From an uncultured delta proteobacterium (GTDB taxonomy: Bacteria > Myxococcota_A > Polyangia > Fen-1088), in NCBI GenBank assembly GCA_963796685.1, contig CAWCMR010000025.1, forward strand, positions 1,056,001 to 1,120,000: a DNA stretch of 64,000 nt. Direction: 5' to 3'. The stretch's first letter is position 1; the number at the start of each line of letters is the position of its first letter. This document shows positions 17,633 to 28,902 of the stretch, piece by piece. The notes under the pieces are model-generated. The model worked only from the letters and a program-made list of their open reading frames with translations. It made no database searches and was not told the DNA's origin. The position numbers and the translations under genes were made by a program.

Positions 17633-19489
17633 ATGTGCGGGATCGCGGGTATCGTACAACTGGGTGATCCCAGCGACGTGGATCCGTCCGCACTGAACAA
17701 GATGCGGGGGGCGCTGAAGCACCGCGGGCCGGACGCCGATGGGATTTGGTTCTCACCGAATCGGCGGGCGGGCTTCGCACACACCCGGCTAAGCATCGTG
17801 GACCTGACGGCAACCGGAGCACAGCCGATGTCCACACCCGACGGGCTGTATACCATCGCGTTCAACGGCGAAATCTACAACCACGAAGAGCTTCGCCAGC
17901 GCTTGGTTACTTCGGGCGTCGCCTTTCGTGGACGGTCGGATACGGAGGTGCTGCTTCAACTATTCGTAGAGCTGGGGAGCCGGTGCCTCGATGAGCTCGA
18001 CGGGATGTTCGCGTTCGCTGTCTGGAACGAAAAGGAACAGACGTTGTTCTGCGCTCGCGATCATCTGGGCGAGAAGCCCCTCTATTACGCACACAATCGT
18101 GGTTGCTTCGCGTTCTCTAGCGAGGTGCGCGCCCTGGTCAAATCGGGCGTGGTCAAGGGAAGCCCTGACTTGCAGGGCATCGGGTACTTGATGAGCCAGG
18201 GATCAATTCCACCTCCATACACGCATGTGGAGGGCGTTCACTTTCTCGAACCGGCCTCCAAGCTGGAGCTGCACGTTGAGACAGGGAGCTTGGAGAAAAG
18301 GCGGTATTGGTTCATTCCGATGGTGCAGGAAGCGCAGGCTATTCAAGATCCGCAGCTCGGCACAGAGATGGTTCACGAAGCCCTTCGTCAGTCCGTTCGC
18401 CTCCGGCTTCGTGCGGACGTTCCTGTTGGTGCATTCCTGTCAGGTGGCATCGACTCGAGCCTGGTGGTCGCCTTGATGAGGGAACAGGGCGCAAGCGATC
18501 TGCGTACCTTCACAGTCTCCCTGCCCGGCCAGCCTGGCGACGAAGCCGCTCTGGCGCGGAACACCGCGAGGCTCCTCGGCACCGATCATCACGAAATCCT
18601 CTTGCATCCGGACTCCGAGGCGGGCTGGCTGGAGCAGGCCATGAACGACATGGACGTGCCGAGTGTGGACGGGCCGAATACCTGGCTGGTTAGCCGAGCC
18701 ACTCGGGCCACCGGAATAAAGGTTGCCTGTTCCGGCCTGGGTGGGGACGAGCTCTTCCATGGTTACCCGACCTTCAAATTGATCCCATGTCTTGCCCGGC
18801 TGCGCCTGAGTCGCGTGTTGCCCTACATACCCCTATCCATCAGACTGCGCCTAGAACACCGTATTCCCCCTGTGGCGCGCTGGTCACGCATGGCCGAGGC
18901 GCTCCTAGCAGGAGGGAGCATAGCTGCTCTTTGGTATGCCTATAGGAGCCTCATGAGTGATCGCGAGGTTGCCGACTTGCTCGTCGAAAGCGCGCTTGCT
19001 GCGCGACCCTGGCACCACCTTCGCCGTATTGAGGATTTGGCCTGCCCAGAAGGACTGTCCGTTGAAAGACAGGTCAGCTTCTACGAACTCAGCGTCTACA
19101 TGCACGATCAGCTGCTGCGCGACACCGACCAAATGAGCATGGCACACGCCTTGGAGGTACGAGTTCCGCTCATCGGCAGAAGGGTCGTGGAGACGGTTGC
19201 GAGCTTGGGACAGGGAGCGTTAGCCGGTAACGAGTCCAAGGCAGTGTTGAGACGAATCCTCGCGCGATACATGCCAAGCGATCAGTTTCGAAGGCCAAAG
19301 CAAACCTTTGCGCTGAACTGGGACCGTCTTCTCAGCGCGTACTCGGAACAATCGAAGCCACCTGCTTCGACCTTCTTCCGCCAGGTATCAATAGACCGAC
19401 TCCAACGGCAGTTCCGAAAACGCAAGTCCAGCTTTGGACCCATATTTGCAATGCGGGCCCTTGAAGCCTGCTGCCGTGGCCCTTGTTGA
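17633..19489 (+). CDS. asnB: Asparagine synthase-type glutamine amidotransferase
   Basis: MCGIAG, HRGPD, FNGEIYN, FLSGGIDSS, SGLGGDELF. Confidence 0.93.
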   Translation: MCGIAGIVQLGDPSDVDPSALNKMRGALKHRGPDADGIWFSPNRRAGFAHTRLSIVDLTATGAQPMSTPDGLYTIAFNGEIYNHEELRQRLVTSGVAFRGRSDTEVLLQLFVELGSRCLDELDGMFAFAVWNEKEQTLFCARDHLGEKPLYYAHNRGCFAFSSEVRALVKSGVVKGSPDLQGIGYLMSQGSIPPPYTHVEGVHFLEPASKLELHVETGSLEKRRYWFIPMVQEAQAIQDPQLGTEMVHEALRQSVRLRLRADVPVGAFLSGGIDSSLVVALMREQGASDLRTFTVSLPGQPGDEAALARNTARLLGTDHHEILLHPDSEAGWLEQAMNDMDVPSVDGPNTWLVSRATRATGIKVACSGLGGDELFHGYPTFKLIPCLARLRLSRVLPYIPLSIRLRLEHRIPPVARWSRMAEALLAGGSIAALWYAYRSLMSDREVADLLVESALAARPWHHLRRIEDLACPEGLSVERQVSFYELSVYMHDQLLRDTDQMSMAHALEVRVPLIGRRVVETVASLGQGALAGNESKAVLRRILARYMPSDQFRRPKQTFALNWDRLLSAYSEQSKPPASTFFRQVSIDRLQRQFRKRKSSFGPIFAMRALEACCRGPC

Positions 19490-21660
19490 TTGACTACATT
19501 CGGCGTCTGGCCAAGCAACACCCACCCTCGGGGTTCGCTGCGGGCGGGTTCATCTCTGCGAGACGACCATGCACCTCCAGGATGAGTACAATACCGTACG
19601 AGAAGGGCATAGTCAACGGATATCGCGCAGACATTGATGGCCTGCGTGCGGTGGCCGTATTGTCCGTAATCTTGTACCACTTGAACCATGTTTGGCTCCC
19701 TGGCGGATTTGTCGGCGTAGACATCTTTTTCGTAGTTTCTGGGTATGTCGTAAGCTTGAGCCTTGCGCAGCTTGATGGGAGTCGAGGTCTACTTGCGTTC
19801 CTGGTAACATTCTACTCTCGACGTCTGAAGCGGTTGTTACCAGCAGTTGCGGTGTGTATATCAACCACGGTAATACTGGTTGCGCTCTTACTCGTGCCGT
19901 TTCCGCAGTTCACTGTAACAAGCTTCTATCGTACTGCGATTGCGTCGATGGTTGGGCTTTCCAATGTGTACCTGATACGCGCAGGCACTCAGTACTTCAA
20001 CATTGGCTCCGCTCCAAACCCATTCCTGCACACCTGGTCCCTAGGTGTTGAAGAGCAGTTCTACGTGACCTTTCCGGCGTTACTGTTCCTCGCGGGTTGC
20101 AAAGCCACTGCGCGAGCAGCAGATTGTCGACGCTTGGGATTAGTTCTGTTACTGTGTCTGCTCTCCCTGCTTCTCTCATGGCACTGGTGTTTGGCATCGC
20201 CAAACGTTGCGTACTTCGCAATGCCCAGCCGTCTTTGGGAGCTTGGATGCGGAGCGGCTCTCGCGTATGCGCAACGTCTCGGGTATCTTGAAGTCTTGTC
20301 GAGGCACCACCTAGTCAACACGGGGTTGCGATGGATGGGTATTGGATTGCTCGCAAGCGCCTTCGCCACGACCGTGGAAAGCGGATTTCCCTTTCCCGGG
20401 GCGCTCCCATCTGTGCTCGGTACGGCTCTTGTTATCGCCACCGGCCTCACCGGTAATTCTATGTTCGTGCAGGTGCTACAGTCGAAGCTTCCCGTCTTCG
20501 TTGGCAAACTGTCCTACTCTCTATACCTTTGGCACTGGCCAACGATATGCGTGCTGTATCGCCTCGTTGGCGTCCACCGTCCAATTATAATTCTTGCCGC
20601 CCTGCCCATTACTGCGGGCTTTTCACTCGTATCTTACTACACGGTGGAGCGCCCTCTAAGATACCGTCTGACAATCACCCCGCGGCTTGTGTTCCTGTTC
20701 GCAGCTGCGGTCGTCGCTCTCGTAGTCGCAGGCACCGAGGTTGTTAGCAGCGAGAGATTTGCAATTTATCTTGGAACCCAATCAAACTGGAACGAAGACT
20801 GGCAGCAAGAACCCGAAGTCCTCCGCTTTGAGACTGGCTCGATTGCTGCTGCCGAATGCGATTTGACTGGCCGAGCGAAACTAGACGGCCGATGGGCACA
20901 GCATTGTCTTGTCCGATGGGACGACAGCCGGCGATATCCGAGGCTGTATTTGCTTGGTGATAGCCATGCACTTGCCGACCTGCATATGGTGCGGGTTGGT
21001 GTCGATCGGCGGACTTATGAGCTATTTGCGTTCATGTTTAGCGGCTGCGACATCCAACTGTCGGCTGCACCCCACGAGGCAAGCGATCTCTGTCAATCAT
21101 ATTGGAGCAGCATGCGCGACTTCATTGTAGGTGACGTCCGCTCTGGCGACTTGGTCATGTTAGCCACCTACTTGCGCAGTTACAAGAGTTTAGACGATGA
21201 CCTTGCCTCAGGAATACTCGGTTTTGCACGTTCGCTGCGCGAACGAGGCGCAACCCTGATCATCCAGTCGCCCTTACCGGTGTATGACTCCCATCCTTAT
21301 GATTGCCTGCCGACGTGGTTCAAGGTCACACCCGAAGGTTGCACGAAGGATAGGCGGGTTGACGATTACCAGCGACGCCCTGCAGTGGCATTTCTCAAAC
21401 GCCTTGTTGCCCAAGACGGAGCTATCAAGATATGGAATCCCTATGACATCCTATGCCCAGGGATGAGGTGCTTCCCGTTTCGCGATGGTAAGCCTCTGTA
21501 TCGGGATAGCAACCATCTTGCATTATACGGCGCCGCCTATCTTGGGCCACACTTCCTGAAATTTCTGCGCAATTCTGGTCTACTCACTCCTCGTATTTCC
21601 CCGACGGTCGATGACAGCCGTAGCCAGCCTAGAGCACCGAACGGGTTGAAAGTGCAATAA
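19483..21660 (+). CDS. Acyltransferase-3 + SGNH domain O-acyltransferase (OafA-like); true start probably near 19582
   Basis: YRADIDGLRAVAV, GVDIFFVVSGY, HTWSLGVEEQFY, GDSHA, YRDSNHL. Confidence 0.9.
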   Translation: MLIDYIRRLAKQHPPSGFAAGGFISARRPCTSRMSTIPYEKGIVNGYRADIDGLRAVAVLSVILYHLNHVWLPGGFVGVDIFFVVSGYVVSLSLAQLDGSRGLLAFLVTFYSRRLKRLLPAVAVCISTTVILVALLLVPFPQFTVTSFYRTAIASMVGLSNVYLIRAGTQYFNIGSAPNPFLHTWSLGVEEQFYVTFPALLFLAGCKATARAADCRRLGLVLLLCLLSLLLSWHWCLASPNVAYFAMPSRLWELGCGAALAYAQRLGYLEVLSRHHLVNTGLRWMGIGLLASAFATTVESGFPFPGALPSVLGTALVIATGLTGNSMFVQVLQSKLPVFVGKLSYSLYLWHWPTICVLYRLVGVHRPIIILAALPITAGFSLVSYYTVERPLRYRLTITPRLVFLFAAAVVALVVAGTEVVSSERFAIYLGTQSNWNEDWQQEPEVLRFETGSIAAAECDLTGRAKLDGRWAQHCLVRWDDSRRYPRLYLLGDSHALADLHMVRVGVDRRTYELFAFMFSGCDIQLSAAPHEASDLCQSYWSSMRDFIVGDVRSGDLVMLATYLRSYKSLDDDLASGILGFARSLRERGATLIIQSPLPVYDSHPYDCLPTWFKVTPEGCTKDRRVDDYQRRPAVAFLKRLVAQDGAIKIWNPYDILCPGMRCFPFRDGKPLYRDSNHLALYGAAYLGPHFLKFLRNSGLLTPRISPTVDDSRSQPRAPNGLKVQ

Positions 21661-22285
21661 TCACGCGGCCCTCTGCTGCGGCAGGGCTGCGACAATGCGG
21701 CGGTCGAGTACCTCTAGGTTCAACACGGCGGCTGCCCGCCTGACGTCGAAGAGGTTCTTGCGCGTGCCGCGGTAACGAGCGCGTCGCCCTTGCCGACGCC
21801 CGAGGTGGGCCAGACGATGTTCAATGGCGACTCGTTCGCGCAGGCGTTCACGCCCGCTTGGAGTCGACATGAGCTTGCGCAGCTTGTGCTGAAGCAGCCT
21901 CCAACTCCGCCTGAAAGGCGTCATCGAAAAGCTGCTGCCGATGGTCACGCAGAAATGCGAACAGCTTTCGCGTGCGCCGCAGTCTGTGCAGAAGACGCTC
22001 CTCCTGCTTCGTGTGGTCCTGTCGTGGTGTCCAGCGCTCGAATGCCATGTGTTCCTCCGCCAGCGCAATCAATCGCGCCGCCGGCACTGATCAAGATCAT
22101 GGCCTGATTGGCAGAGCCAATTTTCCACCATTCGCAATGTGAACCGGCGTAGGGCTCACTTCACCGAGCGCGCTGTGGCCGTGTTGATGGACAGACGGCC
22201 GTTGTGTGCGCTCGGCGAAGTGAGCCCTCTCGGCCCCACGCAAGTCCTCGATTTGACTCGGCTTTCATCCCGTTCGGTGCTCTAG
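21629..22285 (-). mobile_element. Internally deleted IS1182-like element
   Basis: Inverted ends with flanking CTAG. N-terminal fragment (LFAFLRDHRQQLFDDAFQAEL) is joined to C-terminal fragment (RERVAIEHRLAH..RARYRGTRKN). Confidence 0.8.
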
Positions 22286-22485
22286 CGCTGGCGATGGGCG
22301 TGTCGGTCCAGTCGTGCTGCCTGGGTCGAACGCGATGTGACCGTCAGATCAGGTCCGAGGTGGTTAGTTTAGTAGGCTTGCACGGGCCTTTGCACGGTTG
22401 CGCGTACCATGTGCGCATGCGTCAGCCGCACTATTGCTCCCTAGTGAGGATGGTGACTGTAATCTTCGTATGGTTCATATTCGCT

Positions 22486-24027
22486 TCAGCTTAGCCTTTT
22501 CGCTCGATCCAGCGATCGTGAGACGAATGACCTTATGTTTTCCGGCAGATGCCTTCCGACTTGCTGCCGGACCAGGGGTGCAGCTAGAACTGTGGCGACC
22601 AGAACCGACGCGGCACTAGCTAGCAGATACACGAATGAGGCCAGTAGCCCCGGGCTCTTCGGGACCATATATCGGCAAAGAAAGGCTGTGGTCCCCGCGG
22701 CGGCGATGGGAAGCGCCACGTCCTGACAGTACCATCGCCATTTTTCATCGGGAAGCAGGCGTCGGTGCATGAAATGAATATGGAAGATTAGATAGCCAAC
22801 ATTCAGCAAGACCCAGACTGACGCCGCACCGATGGCACCGAACCTCACCACGGCCAGCCAGAGGCCAGGCAGCAGAACAATGACGGCCACTATGTTCACC
22901 TTGATGGACAACGCCGTCCATCCGTAGGCCAACTGGAGGTGAAATGGTATCCACATAAGCCCGTGTATCATCGTGCCCGTCACCAGAACCACCATCAAGG
23001 ATTCCACGTGGATCGTCAGTCCCTCATCTCGTGTCCATAGTCGTAGGACGGTGTGACTGAATGCTATCAATACGAATGCCACAGCGCCGATCAGAACCGT
23101 CACCATCTGGGCGCTCTGGTGATATGCAGCGCCCAGCTTCTTGGTGTCCCCCAGCGCGGCCAGTTCAGAGAAGCGCGGGTAGTAGGCAACGCTGATTGGG
23201 CCAGTGAGTATGTAAAGAGCGTTGGCGACCGTCCCAGCCAAGACGTAGTGTCCGAATGCCGTGAGTGACAGGAATCGTGATAAGAGAACCTTGTCGATCT
23301 GCGTAAGCAGAAGCGACAGTATTGTGATGGCTAGCATCCCCGACGCGAATCGCCATATCTTCACTAACTCCGTCGGTGAGAACCTAACGCGACGTGGAGC
23401 GAGCGGTATTGTCGAGTAGACAATGTAACCATAGACGATGACATTGGCGAGCGAGATTGCGCCCTGCCACAGGAAAAACGCGGTGATGGTGGGGGACACC
23501 CAGGCCAATAGGAGGAACGCGCCGAGACTTCGCACCGTGCTCGCAATACTAGCCACGACGTTCTGAAGGACCTGACGCTGCAATCCCGTGATGGCGCTGA
23601 GGTAGATATTCTCTATAAAGGACAGCGCGGTGACGCCCCCCATTGCCGAGAAGGCCTTGGCCACGGTCGCGACCGGAAGTTTTTCGGACCTGAGCCAATC
23701 AGTCGCCAACCAGCCCGAGACAGCCCACACGCCGACCGCAATAGCCACTGCGGTGGCGATTCCGATCATCTCGGCCGTCCGCAAGAGATCGCGGATCGAC
23801 TGAGAGTCGCGCGCGCCAGCGGTGAAGCGGGCCATTTCGCGTCCGAGGGTGGGCCGCATTCCCATGTCCAGGATGCCCAGCCACGCCTGGAGGATGGCGA
23901 AGAGACCGATGAGCCCGTAGGCCTCGATACCGATGTACTTGATGTATAAAGGGACAAACGCCAGGCCCATCAGTGCCCGCCAGCCTTGCCCGAAGTAGTT
24001 GGCTACAACATTCTTTCTGACCGACAT
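22486..24027 (-). CDS. wzx: Wzx-type oligosaccharide flippase
   Basis: KNVVANY, YIKYIGIEAYGLIG, LTQIDKVLLS, many TM helices. Confidence 0.9.
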   Translation of the reverse strand: MSVRKNVVANYFGQGWRALMGLAFVPLYIKYIGIEAYGLIGLFAILQAWLGILDMGMRPTLGREMARFTAGARDSQSIRDLLRTAEMIGIATAVAIAVGVWAVSGWLATDWLRSEKLPVATVAKAFSAMGGVTALSFIENIYLSAITGLQRQVLQNVVASIASTVRSLGAFLLLAWVSPTITAFFLWQGAISLANVIVYGYIVYSTIPLAPRRVRFSPTELVKIWRFASGMLAITILSLLLTQIDKVLLSRFLSLTAFGHYVLAGTVANALYILTGPISVAYYPRFSELAALGDTKKLGAAYHQSAQMVTVLIGAVAFVLIAFSHTVLRLWTRDEGLTIHVESLMVVLVTGTMIHGLMWIPFHLQLAYGWTALSIKVNIVAVIVLLPGLWLAVVRFGAIGAASVWVLLNVGYLIFHIHFMHRRLLPDEKWRWYCQDVALPIAAAGTTAFLCRYMVPKSPGLLASFVYLLASAASVLVATVLAAPLVRQQVGRHLPENIRSFVSRSLDRAKRLS

Positions 24028-24110
24028 GAGTGCACGAGTTTCGAAGTGCTGGGCTATTCCTGATGCCTGGTTCTATTTGACACGACAACATGGCCAGCGA
24101 TCAGCCTATA

Positions 24111-24365
24111 TTATCGCATGAGAACGGTATCGAATTGGAGAATGCGAATCCTGCAAAGCTGGAAACCGAGGGCATTCAGGCGCGCCAACATTGTTTCACA
24201 GGTCTGGGCACCGCTGTAGGGGCGAACCACGGAGAGCTCAATCTGTATGCCTACGGCGTGTGTCAGCTTCCGTGGACCACCGTCGAGCACCGCATCTTCG
24301 AATCCTTGGACATCGAGTTTGAGGCGGCGTCTTTCACCGCCAACGGCGAATCCCGTCACTTCCAA
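24111..24365 (-). pseudogene. FkbM-family methyltransferase C-terminal remnant
   Basis: LKLDVQGFEDAVLDGG..IQIELS. Confidence 0.65.
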
Positions 24366-24473
24366 GCCGAAACCCTTGCGCTAAGCCGCGCTCTTGCCTA
24401 GGGTTCAGGGCTGCCCTACCTGGGCAAGAAAGCCACGCGCATCGAAGAAAACGACCCGTTCGGAGATCAACCC

Positions 24474-25238
24474 ATGAAAGTCGTGATTCTGGCAGGCGGA
24501 CTGGGAACTAGGCTGGCCGAGGAAACGGAGATGCGACCGAAGCCGATGGTTGAGATCGGCGGAAGGCCGATCCTCTGGCACATCATGCGCCACTACGCGC
24601 ATCACGGATTCCGCGAGTTCGTCGTCGCCCTCGGGTACAAGGGTGACGATGTCAAGAGATTCTTTCTCGACTACCGGACGCTGACCGGTGACATGACGAT
24701 CGATGTCGCGGCCGGTACGATTGTCTCGAATGACAGGAGGTGCGAGGATTGGCGCGTACACCTCATCGAGACGGGCTTGAAGACGAACACGGGTGGCCGC
24801 CTGCGCCGCTTACGCGAGATCCTCGGCCAGGAAACCTTCATGCTCACCTACGGCGACGGGGTCAGCGACGTCGACCTGACCGAGCTCTTGAGCTTTCACC
24901 GCGCGCAGAAGCGCATCGCCACGCTCACCGCCGTGCGACCGCCAGCGCGATTCGGAGGTCTCATCTTCGACGGAGATCTGGTCACTCAGTTTTCCGAGAA
25001 AGCACAGATCGGCGAGGGTTGGATCAACGGCGGCTTCATGGTCCTCGAACCAGCCATCTTCGACTACTTGCCCGGCGATGACGCCAGCCTGGAGGCAGAC
25101 GCGCTCGAACAAGTCGCCTCCGGCCGCAACCTGGCGGCCTTCCGCCATGATAGGTTCTGGCAGTGCATGGATACGCTGCGCGAAAAGCACTACCTTGAAG
25201 CCCTTTGGAACTCGGGCGAAGCACCCTGGCGATACTAG
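24474..25238 (+). CDS. rfbF: Glucose-1-phosphate cytidylyltransferase
   Basis: [41 protein letters not shown]. Confidence 0.95.
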   Translation: MKVVILAGGLGTRLAEETEMRPKPMVEIGGRPILWHIMRHYAHHGFREFVVALGYKGDDVKRFFLDYRTLTGDMTIDVAAGTIVSNDRRCEDWRVHLIETGLKTNTGGRLRRLREILGQETFMLTYGDGVSDVDLTELLSFHRAQKRIATLTAVRPPARFGGLIFDGDLVTQFSEKAQIGEGWINGGFMVLEPAIFDYLPGDDASLEADALEQVASGRNLAAFRHDRFWQCMDTLREKHYLEALWNSGEAPWRY

Positions 25239-25240
25239 GC

Positions 25241-26224
25241 ATGACGAATTTTTGGCGAGATCGCCCGACCTTTGTGACCGGTGGTACGGGCCTGGTTGGT
25301 TCTTGGCTCCTCAAACGTCTTGCCGACGAAGGCGCCGAGGTCATTGTCCTCGTGCGCGATTGGGTGCCTCAATCCGAAGTGGTGCGTGCGGGGCTCTTCG
25401 ACCGCGTGAAGGTCGTGCGCGGCGATGTGTGCGATCGGCAGGTTCTGGAACGCGCGCTTGGGGAATACGAAATCGCAACGGTCTTTCACCTGGCTGCGCA
25501 GACGACCGTGCCAGTGGCCAACCGCAACCCGGTTTCCACCTTTGAGACCAACGTGGGTGGCACCTGGAATGTGCTGGAGGCTTGCCGGCGCAGCCCCAAG
25601 GTCGAGCAGATCGTGCTGGCGTCGTCGGACAAGGCCTACGGCTCGCATGATCGACTTCCCTATGTCGAGGACACGCCGCTCGTTGGCCGCACGCCCTACG
25701 ACGTCAGCAAGTCTGCTGCGGATCTGATCGCGCAGGCCTACGCCGCGACCTATGGCACCCCCGTGGTCATCACCCGCTGTGGAAATTTCTACGGCGGCGG
25801 CGACCTCAACTGGAACCGCATCGTGCCCGGCACCATTCGCTCGGTCCTGCGCTCGGAGCCGCCCCTGATTCGTTCCGACGGACAATTCATTCGCGACTAC
25901 TTCTACGTCGAGGACGGAGCGGCCGCCTACATGCTGCTGGCCGAAAAGCTGGCCTCGAATCCGTCGCTAGCCGGTCAGGCCTTCAACTTCTCGAACGAAG
26001 AGGCCATCACCGTGCTAGATCTGGCAGGATACATTCTCAAGACCATGGGCTCCGATCTTGCGCCCAAGGTGCTGAATCAGGCCAATAGCGAAATCCGCGA
26101 ACAGCGGTTGTCGTCGGTCAAGGCGCGCAAGGTTCTGGGGTGGAAGCCTCTCTTCGATCTCGATCGCGGTCTAGCGAACACCATCGCCTGGTATCGCCAG
26201 TTCTTTTCCGAGGCCAAACCGTGA
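25241..26224 (+). CDS. NDP-sugar 4,6-dehydratase (RfbG-like SDR)
   Basis: [30 protein letters not shown]; follows rfbF. Confidence 0.85.
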   Translation: MTNFWRDRPTFVTGGTGLVGSWLLKRLADEGAEVIVLVRDWVPQSEVVRAGLFDRVKVVRGDVCDRQVLERALGEYEIATVFHLAAQTTVPVANRNPVSTFETNVGGTWNVLEACRRSPKVEQIVLASSDKAYGSHDRLPYVEDTPLVGRTPYDVSKSAADLIAQAYAATYGTPVVITRCGNFYGGGDLNWNRIVPGTIRSVLRSEPPLIRSDGQFIRDYFYVEDGAAAYMLLAEKLASNPSLAGQAFNFSNEEAITVLDLAGYILKTMGSDLAPKVLNQANSEIREQRLSSVKARKVLGWKPLFDLDRGLANTIAWYRQFFSEAKP

Positions 26225-27444
26225 GTGGCGTCGGATGCCGCTCCTGCGGCGCCAGCCGCATCGAGACGGTCCTGGATCTCGGGCAGATCCCGCTGGTCAA
26301 TTCTTTGCCGGCCCAGAATGAGCTTGGGCGGCCCGATCCGCGCTATCCGCTGGTGCTCGCGTTTTGCCCAGCCTGCGCCCTAGTTCAGATCACGCACACC
26401 GTTCCGCCGAAAGAACTCTTTCGTGACTACCTCTATTTCTCTTCCTACTCCGACACCATGCTGGCCCACGCGCGAACGCTCGTCGACCGTATCGTCGCCG
26501 AGAGAAACCTGGGCGCGAAGCACTTGGCCCTCGAGATCGCCAGCAACGACGGGTACCTGCTTTGCAACTACCAGCGCCTGGGAGTTCCCGTGCTCGGTGT
26601 CGAACCCGCGCGCAACATCGCACGGGTCGCCGAGGCCAAAGGAATTCCAACCCTGGCCGAGTTCTTTGGCCGAGAGTTTGGACAACAGCTTGCGCGCGAA
26701 GGCCGGCGCGCCGACGTCATCCACGCCCACAACGTCTTCGCGCACGTGCCGGATGTGAATGGATTCGTGGCCGGCATGGCGGCCGTGCTGGCCACCGGCG
26801 GGGTCGCGGTCATCGAAGCGCCCTACGTGCGCGACATGATCGAGCGGATCGAGTTCGACACCATCTACCACGAGCACCTCTTCTATTTTTCCGCCACGGC
26901 CGTACAGCCTCTGTTCCAGCGGCATGGTTTGGAATTGGTCGATGTCGAGCACGTGGCCATCCACGGCGGTTCGCTCAGACTTTGGGTCGCGCACACTGGC
27001 GCGGCAGTGAAGCCTTCGGTGGCCGCGTTGCTGGCCGAAGAGCGCGCGCTCGGCATGAACCGGCGGGACTACTACCGCGACTTCGCAACTCGCGCGTCCA
27101 ACCTGCGTGAAGAGCTTCGTGGCCAGCTCCGCGGACTCAAGAGCCGGGGGCTAAGCATCGCCGGCTACGGCGCGGCCGCCAAGGGCGCGGTGCTGCTGAA
27201 CTTTGCCAGCATCGGTACGGAGCTGATCGACTTCGTCGCGGATCGAAGTCCGCACAAACAGGGCCGGTACGTGCCAGGCGTCCACATCCCCGTGCTGAGC
27301 CCCGCCGCGTTGCTGGAAAAGCAACCCGACTACGTGCTGCTGCTTGTCTGGAATTTCGAAGACGAGATTCGTACACAGCAGGCGGAGTATCTGCGCCGGG
27401 GCGGGCGATTAATCGTCCCGGTTCCCAAGGTTCGCATCGACTAG
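26221..27444 (+). CDS. NDP-hexose C-methyltransferase
   Basis: CRSC..CPAC zinc motif, [29 protein letters not shown]. Confidence 0.9.
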   Translation: MSGVGCRSCGASRIETVLDLGQIPLVNSLPAQNELGRPDPRYPLVLAFCPACALVQITHTVPPKELFRDYLYFSSYSDTMLAHARTLVDRIVAERNLGAKHLALEIASNDGYLLCNYQRLGVPVLGVEPARNIARVAEAKGIPTLAEFFGREFGQQLAREGRRADVIHAHNVFAHVPDVNGFVAGMAAVLATGGVAVIEAPYVRDMIERIEFDTIYHEHLFYFSATAVQPLFQRHGLELVDVEHVAIHGGSLRLWVAHTGAAVKPSVAALLAEERALGMNRRDYYRDFATRASNLREELRGQLRGLKSRGLSIAGYGAAAKGAVLLNFASIGTELIDFVADRSPHKQGRYVPGVHIPVLSPAALLEKQPDYVLLLVWNFEDEIRTQQAEYLRRGGRLIVPVPKVRID

Positions 27445-27448
27445 CAGC

Positions 27449-28000
27449 ATGCGATTCTCGAACACCAAGATCCCTGGCGTGATTCTTATCGAGCCCGAGC
27501 TTCGCGCGGATCCACGAGGTTTCTTCACACGGGTCTTCTGCCGAGAGGAGTTTCGGGCCCAGGGTCTGGTCGATCACATCGAGCAGAGCAGTCTCTCATT
27601 CAATCATCGGCGGGGCACCGTGCGCGGAATGCACTTCCAGGCCGCACCCCACGAAGAAACCAAAGTGGTTGCATGCGTGGAGGGTCAGATCTTCGACGTC
27701 GCCATCGATCTACGGCCTACCTCCCCCACCTTCGGCAAGTGGTTTGGTATCGAGTTGTCGTCGAAAAACCGCCGCCAGCTCTATCTGCCCGCCAGCATCG
27801 CACACGGTTTCCAAACCCTTGAAGACCGCAGCACGGTCCTCTACCAGATTTCCACGCCGTTCCACCCCGAGTCGGCGCGGGGGATCCGCTGGAACGATCC
27901 GAAGCTGGCTATCGTCTGGCCGATTTCCGAGGGCGTTATCGTCTCGGACAAGGATCGCGGGTGGCCGGAGTGGCCTGCCGGAATCGAGAGCGCGACATGA
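27449..28000 (+). CDS. rfbC: dTDP-4-dehydrorhamnose 3,5-epimerase family
   Basis: DPRGFF, RGMHFQ, DVAIDLR, AHGFQTL, RWNDP. Confidence 0.92.
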   Translation: MRFSNTKIPGVILIEPELRADPRGFFTRVFCREEFRAQGLVDHIEQSSLSFNHRRGTVRGMHFQAAPHEETKVVACVEGQIFDVAIDLRPTSPTFGKWFGIELSSKNRRQLYLPASIAHGFQTLEDRSTVLYQISTPFHPESARGIRWNDPKLAIVWPISEGVIVSDKDRGWPEWPAGIESAT

Positions 28001-28902
28001 GCAGGGTGCTGGTCACAGGCGCGCCAGGCTTCGTAGGAGCAGCCGCCGTGCGCGCACTCTCGGACCAAGGGGACGAAGTTATTGCCATTGTGCAACCTGG
28101 GACCTCGGCAAGGCGCCTCGACGGACGGCCGGTCCCTTCCGTGACTCTCGATCTCGATGATGGCGGAGCTGTCGAGCGCACTCTCAGGGAGGTTCGACCA
28201 GAGACCATTCTTCACGCTGCCTGGTATGCGAATCCCCAGGACTACCTGACCTCGTCCATGGCGCTGGCGTCACTTCACACCACCACGACGCTCTTCCAGG
28301 TTGCCGCGCGGCAGGGATGCCGTCGGTTCGTGGGTGTAGGGACCTGTCTCGAATACGGACGCAGTGACCATCCCCGTCGCGAAGGCGACGCATGCGAACC
28401 GCGAACGCTCTATGCCGCGTGCAAGTTGTCCGCATGGCTGGTTTGTCGAGCTCTGGCCGCGCAGGCCGGAATGTCCACCGCTTGGGCGCGGCTGTTCTAT
28501 CTCTATGGTCCTGACGAAAATCCAGGCCGCGTGCTTCCTGCATTGGTTACGGCGCTTCGAGACGGCAGGGCCTTCCCGATGACAGACGGTACGCAGATCC
28601 GGGACTACCTTCACATCGATGACGCCGGACGCGCGCTAGCCTTGCTTTGCCGGAAGGAAACCGAGGGGGTAGTCAATGTCGCATCGGGGCAGCCCACGGC
28701 CTTGCGGGACTTTGCCCTGACGGCGGGATCCATCCTCGGTGCCGAATCACACATTCGGATGGGCGAGATCCCCATGCGCCGCGATGAGGAAATGTTCGTG
28801 GTTGCGGACATTGCCCGACTGCGTGGGCTAGGGTTTACACCGAAACACCTGACCCTGCGCGAAGGGCTCGACCACGCGCTCAAGAACTGGAGAACCACAT
28901 GA
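27997..28902 (+). CDS. NAD-dependent epimerase/reductase
   Basis: VTGAPGFVG, GTCLEYG, YAACK, RDYLHIDD. Confidence 0.88.
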   Translation: MSRVLVTGAPGFVGAAAVRALSDQGDEVIAIVQPGTSARRLDGRPVPSVTLDLDDGGAVERTLREVRPETILHAAWYANPQDYLTSSMALASLHTTTTLFQVAARQGCRRFVGVGTCLEYGRSDHPRREGDACEPRTLYAACKLSAWLVCRALAAQAGMSTAWARLFYLYGPDENPGRVLPALVTALRDGRAFPMTDGTQIRDYLHIDDAGRALALLCRKETEGVVNVASGQPTALRDFALTAGSILGAESHIRMGEIPMRRDEEMFVVADIARLRGLGFTPKHLTLREGLDHALKNWRTT

